Origin: Octopus bimaculoides
Taxonomy: Eukaryota
DNA: 52,646 nucleotides
Assembly (NCBI RefSeq): GCF_001194135.2
Contig: NC_068993.1
Span: 59,896,051-59,948,696 of the forward strand
Reading direction: 5' to 3'
Position 1 is the first letter of the stretch. Each line of letters begins with the position of its first letter. The notes under the pieces were generated by a model, which had not been told where the DNA came from, did no database searches, and saw nothing but the letters and a program-made list of their open reading frames with translations. A program made the position numbers and the translations under genes. Shown here piece by piece: positions 11,721-23,892 of the stretch.

Positions 11721-12660
11721 GAATCCTGCAATGCTCGGTTAAGATCATTTGGAATAGTCGATGTGGATCAATCATTTGTCTGTGTGCGCGTGTGTATGCG
11801 CGCGTGTGTGTGTGTACGTACATAAATATATGCACACATACATTGAGATACATATATATATATATATATGCGAATGTGTATGATTATGTATGTGAGTTTA
11901 AGTTCTCTTCTATCTTTAATCGTTTAGATTCTTCCTCTGAAGAAGGATATAGTTTCTAACAAAGATACAAAGTTCCTTTGAAATGTTAACAACAAAAACA
12001 ATTTCACATTTTAAAATTGAGAAACGTCTTGCGTATTCTTACAGTTCCACTTACAATCGTATTCTTAATGTCCGAATTATGTATGTATGTGTGTACTATT
12101 CTCTATTCTATTCTGGTGTATGCTTCACTCACGACTGACCGTTGACTCCTGCACTGGGAAACTGTCCCCCACGGCTTTGGACTAGGAGAGATTATTTTTA
12201 TCTCTTTACTGCTTTTCGGGATATTATTCATTAACCTGTGCATATTAGTTCACCAGTCGACAGTTTTAATTTATTGAATCTTTTCTACACAAGAATCAAC
12301 TCTCAGCCTGTACTAATTTCACCACAAACATCTCATATATGGTGGCGTCATATCAAGCAAACTTATAGTAAGAAAACCAAAAAGAAGTGTTTAAACTGCT
12401 ATACAAAATTCAAATTCTAATATAAATATGAAGCCTCAGACATTTAATAATTGGATGAAGCAGTTAATTAAAAATCGAGTCGTCTTCCATAGTATTTGAA
12501 CTCAAGATATGACGCCATGTATTTAGACGTACATTATGTCAGCAGTGATTTCATTCTACAACACTGCTTCATAGAACGGAGTTGACGATACGCTTTCGAT
12601 TCCTGAGTGGAGCCTTACCTCGTTATAACATTTCCATTCAAATCGTTGTGGGTGTAACCC

Positions 12661-12896
12661 TTACCTTTTATTTGTCTCGGTCATTAGACTGCGGCCATGC
12701 TGGGGCACCGCCTTGAAGAATTTTAGTCAGGAGAATCAACCCGAGTTTTTATTATTTTGAAGTCTGGTACTTACTGTATCGATCCCTTTTACCGAACCGC
12801 GAAATTATGAGGACGTAAACATACCAACACCGGCTGTCAAGTGGTGGTGGGGACAAGCATAGACACAAAGGCTTAACACGCACCTATCCCCCCCAC

Positions 12897-12944
<48 letters not shown>

Positions 12945-12946
12945 CT

Positions 12947-13003
<57 letters not shown>

Positions 13004-13150
13004 TGGGTTTCTTTCAGTTACCATCAGCCAAATCCGCTTACAAGACTTTGGTCGGCCTGAGGTTATAATAGAAAAAAAAATGCTCAAGTTGACACGCAGT
13101 GAGACTGAACCTACGATCATGAGGCTGGAAAGCAAACTTCTTGCACCTTA
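12661..13150 (-). mobile_element. Near-complete bipartite tRNA-derived SINE (family BC) with internal (TA)n/(GATA)n microsatellite
   Basis: Head 12998-13150 matches 25031-25175 (reverse complement); tail 12661-12890 matches 23685-23892 and 40163-40420; the microsatellite lies between them. A possible 7-bp TSD CCTTACC flanks it (12659-12665, 13146-13152). Confidence 0.8.
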
Positions 13151-13155
13151 CCAAT

Positions 13156-13205
13156 TCCCCCAAAATTTCAGGCCTTGTGCCTATAGCGGAAAGGATGATC
13201 AGTAT
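13156..13205 (+). mobile_element. Isolated 3' tail of SINE family A
   Basis: CCCCAAAATTTCAGGCCTTGTGCCTATAGCGGAAAGGA is nearly identical to the 42714-42750 tail CCCTCAAAATTTGAGGCCTTATGCCTCCAGTAGAAAGGA. Confidence 0.7.
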
Positions 13206-15310
13206 TAAGAATATTATCGTCATCATCGTCATTATTATTAATCATAACATTATTAATAGTTTATACATGTATGTCCTTATTTGTTGTGCTCTCCTCACTT
13301 TTTTATAGAGAAACCATTTTAATAAAGTCCCTACCCTGCAACCATGGAAACCCCAAACGGAATTTTTTTTTAACGGTAACATACTTCTTTCCTACGTTAT
13401 TCATTGCAAGAAAAGGTTATTTTATAACTGTTGTTGTCGTTTTTTTTTAATGCAAGTTCGCCTGGATCAAACAGATTGAAGATCAAAGGTATTCCAGTTC
13501 TGACCAAATCCCATATTTTATTCAGACATTGCGTTTCTAAAAATACATTTCTGATTATTTTCTTTTTTGTTTTTAGAGTGGATGTGAATTGAGGTGAAGC
13601 GACCATAATATCTCTAACAGGTCGGTCAGCTACGCAGAGATTCCTTCGTTGTCTCATAACAAATTAATAATGGATAAACTTGAAGAAGGACATTTAAAGA
13701 AGTTATCTTGTTTTACAATACTGAAGTGCCAACCGTCGACTGCCACAGTCACATGTGATCTTACATCTTGCCTTATAAATGTGTCGTCTTTCTTTTTGGC
13801 AAAATAACCAAGTCCAACACATTTCATATTTGATATTCGAAATGACGTGTCGAGTATTCATAACAGGATGATGTATCTAGCAGATCAAAATCACTTATCT
13901 GATATCAAGTCACGTGTTACTTCGATTAGAAACGTCATTTATCATCTTCTCTTTCCTTTCCTCCAAATAAAATAACGCTTTTGTGACGACTTTGTCTGCG
14001 GCAGACGACAAGACACTTCGCCATAACTACACGCTTTTATCAGCCCCAGAAAGTGATAATTCAGATTTAACATATTGATTTGCGAGTAAATTAAGTATTC
14101 ATCATCTCCCTGTTGCCAATCACTTCGTACATCCAAATCATCGATCACCTTTTAACTCCATTTATCAGCATATTTGTCACACGAAAACCAGTTAATTAAT
14201 TCATTATCACAAAATATGAAGCACCTATGATTAAACATTACATGGACACCACAGAATGTTACATTATAAAACAAAAACATTAAAACCAAAGAGACGTGGA
14301 GAAAAATATTGTTTTGCTGTTGTGACTTTAAGGACTTAACAAAGAGAGACACACGCGCGTAGACATGTAAAGGTTGAATGGCGACCAAATGCCCTACAGA
14401 AACCGTTCCGATATTTCCAAGTATTCCTGGCAGTTTTCTTCCATTAGCTCATTAATTTCAACTGATTAAATTTACATTTTACCATGATCGTTGAGTATCA
14501 CATTAGCTATAAAATTATTTTTGGTGTTATCTTTTGTTACTATTGATCGTATGTGGTGATGGTGCAAATAGAACTTAGATTTCTTAGTTATATTTACATA
14601 GTCACTCAGTTTTCAAAATCGAAATTCAATGTAAATATTGGAGCTCCAGATCGTACGTCATCCGAGAGACATAACAGATCAAGAATTCTCCCTATACCAA
14701 ATTGTCTTATAATCAGGCATAGTATATCAAGGTGTCGTTCTCTTTATTTTTTACTAGCTTCTGTTATGATTTGCTGTAGATTTAATAGTAAGTGTCGCAA
14801 GGTGAATGACCTGGAAGATGATGCTTAATTGATTCATAAAGACAAACCCATTTGGGTTCTAGTAATTCGATTATTGGTGTTCTGTCTATATTTGTTTTAC
14901 GCATTTCTCTTCGTTTAGCTAGATATCATCACCTGTCACCATTCCAACAATCAACACTCCACCTAGCATTTTCTTTTATAACGAGAATAAATGGAAGTAT
15001 AAGAACCAGACAACTGCTGGTGTTGATTCGATCAACTGTATTTGAATAACGCCTGATCTGTGAGGGAAGGTTTACGTATGGAGTTGCCTCCTGTCATTTC
15101 ATCAAAATATAAAGACTATGGTCAGTCGCCCTACGTTAGACTGCAGCACAAAGTTAGCAGTTTCAAAGAACGGTTTTGGCTACATTGGCAATGATTAAAC
15201 GTTGGTTTTTAGGAAATTGTAGAAACAAAAAAACAATGATAAGGACGAAAGCAGCTTTAGCAGCAACAACAACAGCAGATTATATTGCTACTTCGATAAT
15301 GTGAATAAGG

Positions 15311-15349
<39 letters not shown>

Positions 15350-15350
<1 letters not shown>

Positions 15351-15551
15351 TTTCCGACTCTAGGCACAAGGACCAAAATTTTAGGAGAGGGAGGCCAGTC
15401 GATTAAATCGTCACCAGTATGCAACTGGTACTTAATTTATCGATCCCGAAAGGATGAAAGGTAAAGGTGAGCTTCGCGGAATTTGAACACAAAACATAAA
15501 GACAGACGAAATAACGCTAAGCATTTCGCCCGGCGTGCTAACGTTTCTGCC
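15350..15551 (-). mobile_element. tRNA-derived SINE family A (5' end lost in gap)
   Basis: Reverse complement gives GGCAGAAACGTTAGCACGCCGGGCGAAATGCTTAGC, a GTTCAAATTCC B-box-like motif, the CTTTCATCCTTTCGGGATCGATAAATTAAGTACCAG core and the family tail. Confidence 0.9.
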
Positions 15552-15864
15552 NNNNNNNNNNNNNNNNNNNNNNNNNNNNNNNNNNNNNNNNNNNNNNNNN
15601 NNNNNNNNNNNNNNNNNNNNNNNNNNNNNNNNNNNNNNNNNNNNNNNNNNNNNNNNNNNNNNNNNNNNNNNNNNNNNNNNNNNNNNNNNNNNNNNNNNNN
15701 NNNNNNNNNNNNNNNNNNNNNNNNNNNNNNNNNNNNNNNNNNNNNNNNNNNNNNNNNNNNNNNNNNNNNNNNNNNNNNNNNNNNNNNNNNNNNNNNNNNN
15801 NNNNNNNNNNNNNNNNNNNNNNNNNNNNNNNNNNNNNNNNNNNNNNNNNNNNNNNNNNNNNNNN

Positions 15865-15903
<39 letters not shown>

Positions 15904-16507
15904 CTAAACATGATCTTTATTGAAGTGACAAGTCAAATACTGGGCGTTTCCCCTTGCAGAAAACATTCTGCTTCCATCCGTGTGAATGTGTCACTCATAT
16001 ACAGAAGTAAATCCTTTGATAAATAAAGAAAGTAAGTTTTAAAATACAAAAGCTTCTGCTGTCATTGATTTGTTCATTGTATATGTTTATTAGAGCATTT
16101 CCTCTATCTAGCAGCTATTAGTGACAATGATTAGCTTTACGGGCAACGGGCTCCGGGCTTGGTTCAGAAACAATTGCTTTGTAAAATGGCCAACAAGGCT
16201 ACTTGTGACATCATGTCGTGTATTTAGCGGTAAGACCACATGCAGATATGGTTCTCGCGTATACACTTAGCGTCAAATACTGCAGGTCCCGTAATAACGC
16301 ATTAGTAGGCTGCGCTATTTGCTGCGGTAATGAACTAGCACGCGGACTATTTGTAGTGATCATTGTCATTCTTATTTGAATTAATATATACTGTTCTGTA
16401 GCAATCGCTTCCTTTCTTTCTCCTACTACTGTCGGATACTCACATACGTCACAGGCGTTAGACTTACTGCTCTTACTAAATCATACAAAAATATAACCGG
16501 AATGTAA

Positions 16508-16703
16508 GGCGGTGAGCTGATAGAATCGTTAGCACGCCGGCAAAAATGCATGGTGATATTTCACCCGCCTTTACATTATTAGTTCAAATTTCGCCGCGGT
16601 TAATTTTGTCTTTCATCCCTTTCGTGGTCAACAAATCAAGAACCAGTTGAGTACTGGGATCAACTAAGCTCTTCCCTTGAAATAGCCGACCTTGTGCCAA
16701 AAT
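16508..16703 (+). mobile_element. tRNA-derived SINE family A
   Basis: GGCGGTGAGCTGATAGAATCGTTAGCACGCCGG head, AGTTCAAATTTCG, CTTTCATCCCTTTCGTGGTCAAC core, CCTTGTGCCAAAAT tail. Confidence 0.9.
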
Positions 16704-18394
16704 ACCGGGGTGCACTTATTCGTATATCCTCCTTATTTGATCCTAGTACCACAACTTTGATAAAATGCTGGGTTATTTCATTACTATTCTAATAGCATCT
16801 TTCATCAGTGGGGAATATTGCAAAGGTCTTAAACACACACCAAATTTATTACCTATTAGCAAAAATATATATTAGCAAAATAAAAGCAGTTAGCATTTGA
16901 GTGTTGAAAATGTTTTATATGTGATCTTTTATTTGCAGTTGTAAATGTGGCCGAAGTCACCTGAACCAAACCAAATTATAAGACCCGATAAGTACCCTAT
17001 AAGCGCAGGGGACTTTCAAAAAATAAAAAGTCTATATTCATGTGCCTTCAGTCAAATAAGCGGACGTAGGGTATAATACGGGACTGTACTGGAGAGATTG
17101 TCAGATGTGAATTGATCAAAGAACGAATATTGTTTACTTAAAATGCTTTCCTTGGTGGTAGCCATCTGTACATAAATTTGGAAAGTGCTGAAAAAATGGC
17201 TTTTGCTTGAACTGAGCGGGCCAGACAGCTTCCTCCTAACATGAAAGAGGAAGGTGGCACTGTATATATTACATACACACACACACACACATGTGACTGC
17301 GTGTATGTGTAATATATGGCAAAAAGTAGAAGAGAAAACCTGAAACAGAGGAAGGAGAAAAGAAAGAAAGAAAGGAGCCCAAAATATGGAAGATTAACGT
17401 TAATTATCAACACTTAAACAAATTGTGAATGGTCGTCATCTCTACTAACTTGTCTCCCCTCTTGAAACATGGTTCCTTCCTCTCTGCCGTCCTTAGCGCG
17501 TTGTATTAACGCTTTATAGCACACTTGAAGCAGCCAGTTTTGTTTTAATTAGCAATAAATTGCAAAGATAAAAAAAAAACACACCAAAGAGTGAAGACAG
17601 CAAAACGAAAATTAACAAACAGAAAACAGTGTTAAGTTTCAATTTTAATCAGAGAAGAGAATGTAAAAGAATGAATTATACAAAACAAATACAATTGAAA
17701 GAGAAAACGCAATGAAATGGCAGTTGTTGGTTTTTCCTGATTAAAGAACATATTTTAAATGATTCTCTCCTTGTCATTATTGCAGCTTACAGTGGCAACC
17801 GACTTGGGTGATTTTAAGTAAATCCTTTTTCCTTGTTGTTTGGTGTTTAATGTTCATTCTATCATATTATACGCCATTGTACTGTTCCCTTTCCTTGATT
17901 TTTGTAGTACATTACTCTGCTAATGGTAGAGGTTGATGGTAATGGGGAAGAGGGGAGGAGGAGAAAAAGAAGGAGGAGGTGGGTTAGTGTGTTGTTGATC
18001 CTAGTCATCATGATCACCGTCACTGCAAGCTTTACGAGCCAGATTGAGCAGCTTCAACAGATTTTTCTAAACGAGAACAGCAAAATGGAAAACTCACTCA
18101 CTTTCAGTTCATGCGATGCGGCAGAGTAAGCAGCGATTTTCATCTGGCGAAGTCCTCTTGTTGATAATTTATTGAGATATTCATTTACATTATTTACATT
18201 ATTTACATATAGAACTATATTATTGTGATACTGTTTTTTTTTTTTTCTTGACTTCAACCAGTTTTATTCGATGTGAATCCTAATTCCTGTCGTATTTAGA
18301 CCTTGTGTTATCGGTCCATGTCTTGAACCGTTGTGACTGATGAAAGAAATTAGGATTTTCATTATGGATTTAGTCGACGAAGGAAAGTACATCA

Positions 18395-18490
18395 ATGAGA
18401 GGGAGGAGGGAGGAGAAAGAAAGAAAGAAAGAAAGAAAGAGAAAAAGAAGGAAAGAAAGAAAGAAAGAAAGAAGGAAAGAAAGAAAGTGG
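18395..18490. repeat. (GAAA)n-rich polypurine tract
   Basis: Direct reading. Confidence 0.9.
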
Positions 18491-18589
18491 TATTGGTACT
18501 ATAAAAGTAGGGTTGAGAGGGGCACACTAAGCTTCATTGCTACTGAATCTAACATATCTGAGTTGTCTGATCATAAAACAGACGTTAAC

Positions 18590-18845
18590 CACAGCAGCAG
18601 CAGCAGCAGCAGCGACAACAACAAGTGCAGTTTCAGTAGTAGGAGCATCGGCAAGAGAAGCAACATTAGCAGCGTTAGCATCTGCAGCAACAACAACGAC
18701 AATAACAACGACGAAAACAAGAACCTAAGTAATGACAACAGGAACAACAACGAGATTATCAACAACATCGGCAACAGCAATAGCAACAAGAACAAGAACA
18801 GTCCCCCAAACCGTAACACCAACAATAGCAACAATGGGAACGATA
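18590..18845. repeat. Degenerate (CAG)/(CAA)/(AAC)n trinucleotide tract
   Basis: Direct reading; accounts for the low-complexity ORFs here. Confidence 0.85.
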
Positions 18846-18880
18846 TGTGCACAACACAAACTATTCTTTGTCGAAGACAG

Positions 18881-18950
18881 TAACGGATAGTAACGGAAAA
18901 TAGCGGAAACTATCGGAAACCAACGGAAACTAACGGAAAATAACGGAAAC
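18881..18950. repeat. 10-bp minisatellite, 7 units (TAACGGAAAC consensus)
   Basis: TAACGGATAG TAACGGAAAA TAGCGGAAAC TATCGGAAAC CAACGGAAAC TAACGGAAAA TAACGGAAAC. Confidence 0.95.
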
Positions 18951-20724
18951 TAAAGTCACTGGAAGAACCGAAAGGATAAAATTTTCCTGTGAGAGCAAAG
19001 CATTGTTGAACTAGAAGGGAGAAAGAAAAATAAGCTCTGAAAAGCAAGCCATTGGGTACAAATGCATCTTTGGAAAAGATAGCCTTCAACTTCAAAGCAT
19101 ATGTCCATCGTTACCACACACATATAAAGGAAACCAATAGGAGACGTTACCTGGTATCTGTATTGGAAAACAGAAATTTCGAAGAATGGTAAGATCTTGA
19201 AGAGTTGCACCATGATTCTTTTATGTGTAGATTAACTTGCGTTCGAGAACAATCGACAAAATCAATGAACGTGGATCAGGCCATACAAGGACTTCAGTAA
19301 ATGATATTTCGGACGAAATTTGATCGTTGGCATGTCGTTAAATTTGTGATACCTTCCCGGTGTAAGTGCTGAAGCGACCAAATACGGCATCTATTTGTGT
19401 GGGTAATCACTGTTAGTTTTGTTGTGGGTAATCACAGTCCACTCAGAATATGTGCAAAATATGGACTTATCTTACTTTCTCCAAGAAATCAGTATTTATT
19501 TCTTGGGAAAGAAATGTGTTCAACAACGGGATTGAATCTTCTCCTTTTTTCTTTTTGTTTCCTTTTTTGGTCACCGGTTTATAAAAACGTGTTTGTTTAT
19601 TAACCATTGTAGACACTCTCCGTATTTAAAAGATGCAGAAAGGAATCTTGACAAACTAGGGTTGTAGAATTAATCTTTTATCCGGTGTAACACCCTACGC
19701 ACCACCTGCACCCTCGGTACCCTTTAGCCGAGTGCACTCTGTTGCAAGCATTCGGGTGAAGTCACCTTTTTCAGAATACTTTCCTCCCTTTCTCCCAACA
19801 ATCTTGAAAGCCCTCTAAAAAGTCAGGAGCTCGGTTCCCTCCTTCCTAACCAGAAACGAACAAAAAAAAAAAACAAAAAAAAAGCAAAAATAGCTTTTTT
19901 TTATTTTGTTTTACCCCAATCGAGGAAGACTTAATGCACCCAATCAGATCCTTAACACTCTGTTCACAAGTTTTGTGCTTAAAGAAAGACAAAGAAAGAA
20001 AACAACGAAAGGATTTCCCAACGCAGGTCCACCTTGTCATAATCCACGTTGGAGGAGAGCCAAACGAAACACGGCCGACTGCAGCGAAACATAGCAAAGA
20101 AGGATAGCAACATGAAGCAGNNNNNNNNNNNNNNNNNNNNNNNNNNNNNNNNNNNNNNNNNNNNNNNNNNNNNNNNNNNNNNNNNNNNNNNNNNNNNNNN
20201 NNNNNNNNNNNNNNNNNNNNNNNNNNNNNNNNNNNNNNNNNNNNNNNNNNNNNNNNNNNNNNNNNNNNNNNNNNNNNNNNNNNNNNNNNNNNNNNNNNNN
20301 NNNNNNNNNNNNNNNNNNNNNNNNNNNNNNNNNNNNNNNNNNNNNNNNNNNNNNNNNNNNNNNNNNNNNNNNNNNNNNNNNNNNNNNNNNNNNNNNNNNN
20401 NNNNNNNNNNNNNNNNNNNNNNNNNNNNNNNNNNNNNNNNNNNNNNNNNNNNNNNNNNNNNNNNNNNNNNNNNNNNNNNNNNNNNNNNNNNNNNNNNNNN
20501 NNNNNNNNNNNNNNNNNNNNNNNNNNNNNNNNNNNNNNNNNNNNNNNNNNNNNNNNNNNNNNNNNNNNNNNNNNNNNNNNNNNNNNNNNNNNNNNNNNNN
20601 NNNNNNNNNNNNNNNNNNNNNNNNNNNNNNNNNNNNNNNNNNNNNNNNNNNNNNNNNNNNNNNNNNNNNNNNNNNNNNNNNNNNNNNNNNNNNNNNNNNN
20701 NNNNNNNNNNNNNNNNNNNNNNNN

Positions 20725-20760
<36 letters not shown>

Positions 20761-22195
20761 GTTTTTGTATGTATGTGTGTGTGTATGTGTGCTTGTCAGC
20801 TTATTGTACGCTTATATGCTTTTGTACGGAATGTATGAATACAAATGTGTCAGTGATACGTCCACCTGTATAAATACGCAAAACATCGCGGCTAAGGTGG
20901 TTAAGAGAGCAGTTGTACTTAACGTCTATTACGAAACATGGATTTTAGAATGTCATGGCAGTGTTATGTCCTGTTAAAGTATGTACCATTACAGAGATGT
21001 TATTTAATTTTTTATCTCCATATTATCTCTCCAGCACTCCATGTCTGTTTACCTATCTATCGTTCTAGGATTCCTGCCCGCTTTCTCTCTCACATGCATA
21101 ACATACTATGTGTATGTGCGCGTGTGTGTCAGCCTGTTTGTCGTGTTGTCTATCTGTGTCACTCTTTGTTGCTATATACCAGTCTAGCAGTCAATCAATC
21201 AGTTAATTATCGCTAAAAATATTTAAATTAATTAAAGTATTCTTTTTGTCGATTCTCCGAAACAATGAATGTCTTGCCGAAGCAGACAGCATAGAAATGT
21301 ATAAAGATACGTACATACAAATGCTAGGTCTTCAGAAAGTTTTTCATACCAGTTGCTCCTATTGTAAGAAATAAATTAATCAGCTGAATTAAACTGGCAT
21401 GAATAAATACCTATCCGAGCACGTGTACCTAAGAATATATTTTTAAAAAGGTTGCAATAGCTTCCACAGCATTAACACCACGTGACCCGAGTTGAGTAGT
21501 AAAGGCCTAACATCTAGAAGCCCCATGGAATTTGTCGCAAACGATCCCTTACATTTCTCCTGATATCTGATGTGACGGATCCGTCGTACGCGCTGGCGAA
21601 ACAGTAAGTCATATGGAGCTCGGTCAGTAAGTCATCAGGGAAATTAACAAAACTGACTCGATTTTAGTCCCTCTTCAGTATTGGACCTGTCGAGCATCAA
21701 CATCACAACACAAGTGACTGGGCGCGAACTGACGCCTTGTCTGTTGATGATCTGATATGCAGTCGACTATATCTTCGCAGATAAGTGATATAAATCACAG
21801 GAACCTCCAAAATTTAACGAATTTAATATGGCCAGCATATGACCATTCCAGCAATCATACTGAAGTCTTTCCTCTAAATTAAACTTCTAAAAATTCCAGC
21901 TAACAAGAGATAAACTACACACCCATTCGGTACGCTAGAAACAGAAGCATAATTTCGTTTAAACTACATTTATTTCAATGGAAAAAAAAATAAAGATTAA
22001 ATTGAATTATATAGATTTGTATTCATTAAATGAAAGCTGGACTTTTCACAGCCGAATTCGTCTGTGTTCAAATATATTAAACCGAAGAATTAGCCATAAC
22101 AACTTTGTAACGATGCCAAAATGCATTTCTTATTCTAACAATGCTAATATGGGTGTGATCCGCGTGGAAAGCTAAAACGCTAGAATAAATATTAG

Positions 22196-22409
22196 TTTAT
22201 AATTTATAGCAGAAGGCCAGAAATTTCGAGTGAAGTGAGCAAGTCGATCACATCGACACCAGTGCTCAACTGTTACTTATTTTATCTATCCCCAAAGGAT
22301 AAAAGGCGAAGTCTACCTAGGCGGAATTTGAACCGAGAAGACGGATAAAATGCCGCTAAGCATTGTACCCGGCGCGCTTACCGTCTTTGTCAGCTCATCG
22401 CTTTAGTCT
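22196..22409 (-). mobile_element. Full-length SINE family A with 13-bp TSD
   Basis: Family A head, B-box, core and tail in reverse complement; flanked by an identical GAATAAATATTAG at 22183-22195 and 22410-22422. Confidence 0.92.
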
Positions 22410-23409
22410 GAATAAATATTAGACGGTAATTACAATCTTATCGCCAGGCCCAGGATATTACCAGCTTTACTTAAACCGCCATTACGGTCATTTAACTAAA
22501 GACAAGAAATATATTTTTTCTTCCTTTTTTTTTTTTTGTTTGCATTTCATTTTTCATTTTCTCCTCTTATTTACTTCAGCTGAAAGTTTCAGCAAGATAT
22601 ATGCTGAGATATTTAATGAAAGAACATTACTAAAGCTGATTTTTTAAAAACTTTGTCTTTACTATTTTTTGTTTCTTTTTTGTTTCTATTTGGATGTTTT
22701 TTTTTTATCTATTGACTTTTCGTTTTAAATTTATAATTTATGTGTTTGTGATTACGGCAAATATATTGCCACTCTTCCATTTGGTTTTATGTTTAACGCG
22801 GTTGGATATGAAAGCAATGACAGGAAAGTTTAAAACTTAAATCTATTAATATAAGTGTCTGTTCTTTCATTCCAAACTCACCTAAATCTTAATTAGAGGA
22901 AGGAGAAAATACAAACAGAGAATTTAAAACGAAACACAAATTAGGAATTACAATTAGAATCAGTGTAAAATGTATGTATATTCAAAAAAGAGACAAAAAA
23001 AAAGAAAGAAAGAAAGAAAGCCAAAAACAAAGAAAGCCATTCGCAATGAAATGATTTGAACCAGTATTGATTCTGTAACTTAAATAGACGGTGACACATA
23101 ATTATAAAGAATATCTGAATAGAAGAGAAATAAACAAAAAGTCAATGTTAAAGTCGTAAAAAAAATTATCCCAAAGATGAATGCACTTGGAGAAACATTC
23201 GAAATAGAATTAAAACAAAGTTGACGGCAATAAGTGAAAATCTTAATTAGAAAATACATAAATTAAAAATGGCGTTACACATGGATGAGTTGATAGTATG
23301 TCGGAGTGGCAGCTGGTAGATCGATGTTTCGTCTCCAGCATCATGTTATTCACTACCTTCAATGTTATCATGGATTTTAGCCTCCCTAAGCAATCGCAGC
23401 TATGGCTAT

Positions 23410-23440
<31 letters not shown>

Positions 23441-23455
23441 GTATAAATGTATATA

Positions 23456-23674
23456 TACAGGGTGGCCCGAAAGTCACTAGACTTTGAGGAAGAGTCCGCC
23501 TTTCTCAAGAAAAAAATGGTGGCCATTTGAAGGATGTCAATTTCAAAACTAATTAAAAATATTTTCCAAGTGTGTTTATTGCTTATAAAAAAATTAAATG
23601 TGAATATTTAATAAATAGAAGGGTGATTATATTTTGAAATGATCTAGTAATTTGTAAGATGGGGCATCCCGTGC
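23456..23674. mobile_element. Candidate decayed Tc1/mariner-type MITE
   Basis: Left end TA-CAGGGTGGCCCGAAAGTCACTAGA; right end TCTAGTAATTT...GGGGCATCCCGTGCA is an imperfect inverted copy with an insertion; it follows a (TA)n tract. Confidence 0.45.
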
Positions 23675-23684
23675 ATATGTACAT

Positions 23685-23892
23685 GTGTGTGTATGTGTTT
23701 GTCACCCAGCACAACTTAACAAACCAGTGCTGGTGTGTTTACATTCCAGTAACTTAGCGGTTCAGCGACAGAAACTAATAGAACAAGTAGCAGGTTTTAA
23801 AACATGTAATAAGTACTGGGGTCGATTCGTTTGACTAAAATACTTCAAGGCGGTGTCCCAGGGTGGCCTCATTAGACTGAAACAGATACAAG
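23685..23892 (+). mobile_element. SINE family BC 3' half
   Basis: (TG)n then GTGTTTGTCACCC...GTAACTTAGCGGTTCAGCG...AATAAGTACTGGGGTCGATT...TTCAAGGCGGTG...GACTGAAAC; matches the reverse complement of 12661-12890. Confidence 0.88.

Noticed and set aside
13971-14078. Peptide VTTLSAADDKTLRHNYTLLS, faintly cadherin-like
   Set aside because: 35-codon ORF bounded by stops, with no splice sites and no DxD/LDRE/DxNDN calcium motifs; likely chance despite the known octopus protocadherin expansion.
16702-17090. Possible TA-flanked MITE with inverted ends
   Set aside because: The ends match at only about 22/38, mostly in an AT-rich TTATTTGA word.
18395-18883. 162-aa Lys/Ser/Asn-rich ORF containing a GKR motif
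   Set aside because: Encoded by (GAAA)n and (CAG/AAC)n tracts with no recognisable domain; a single GKR is expected by chance.
21540-21640. Two GTAAGT donors and a GACGGATCCGTC palindrome
   Set aside because: No convincing upstream acceptor or recognisable frame.
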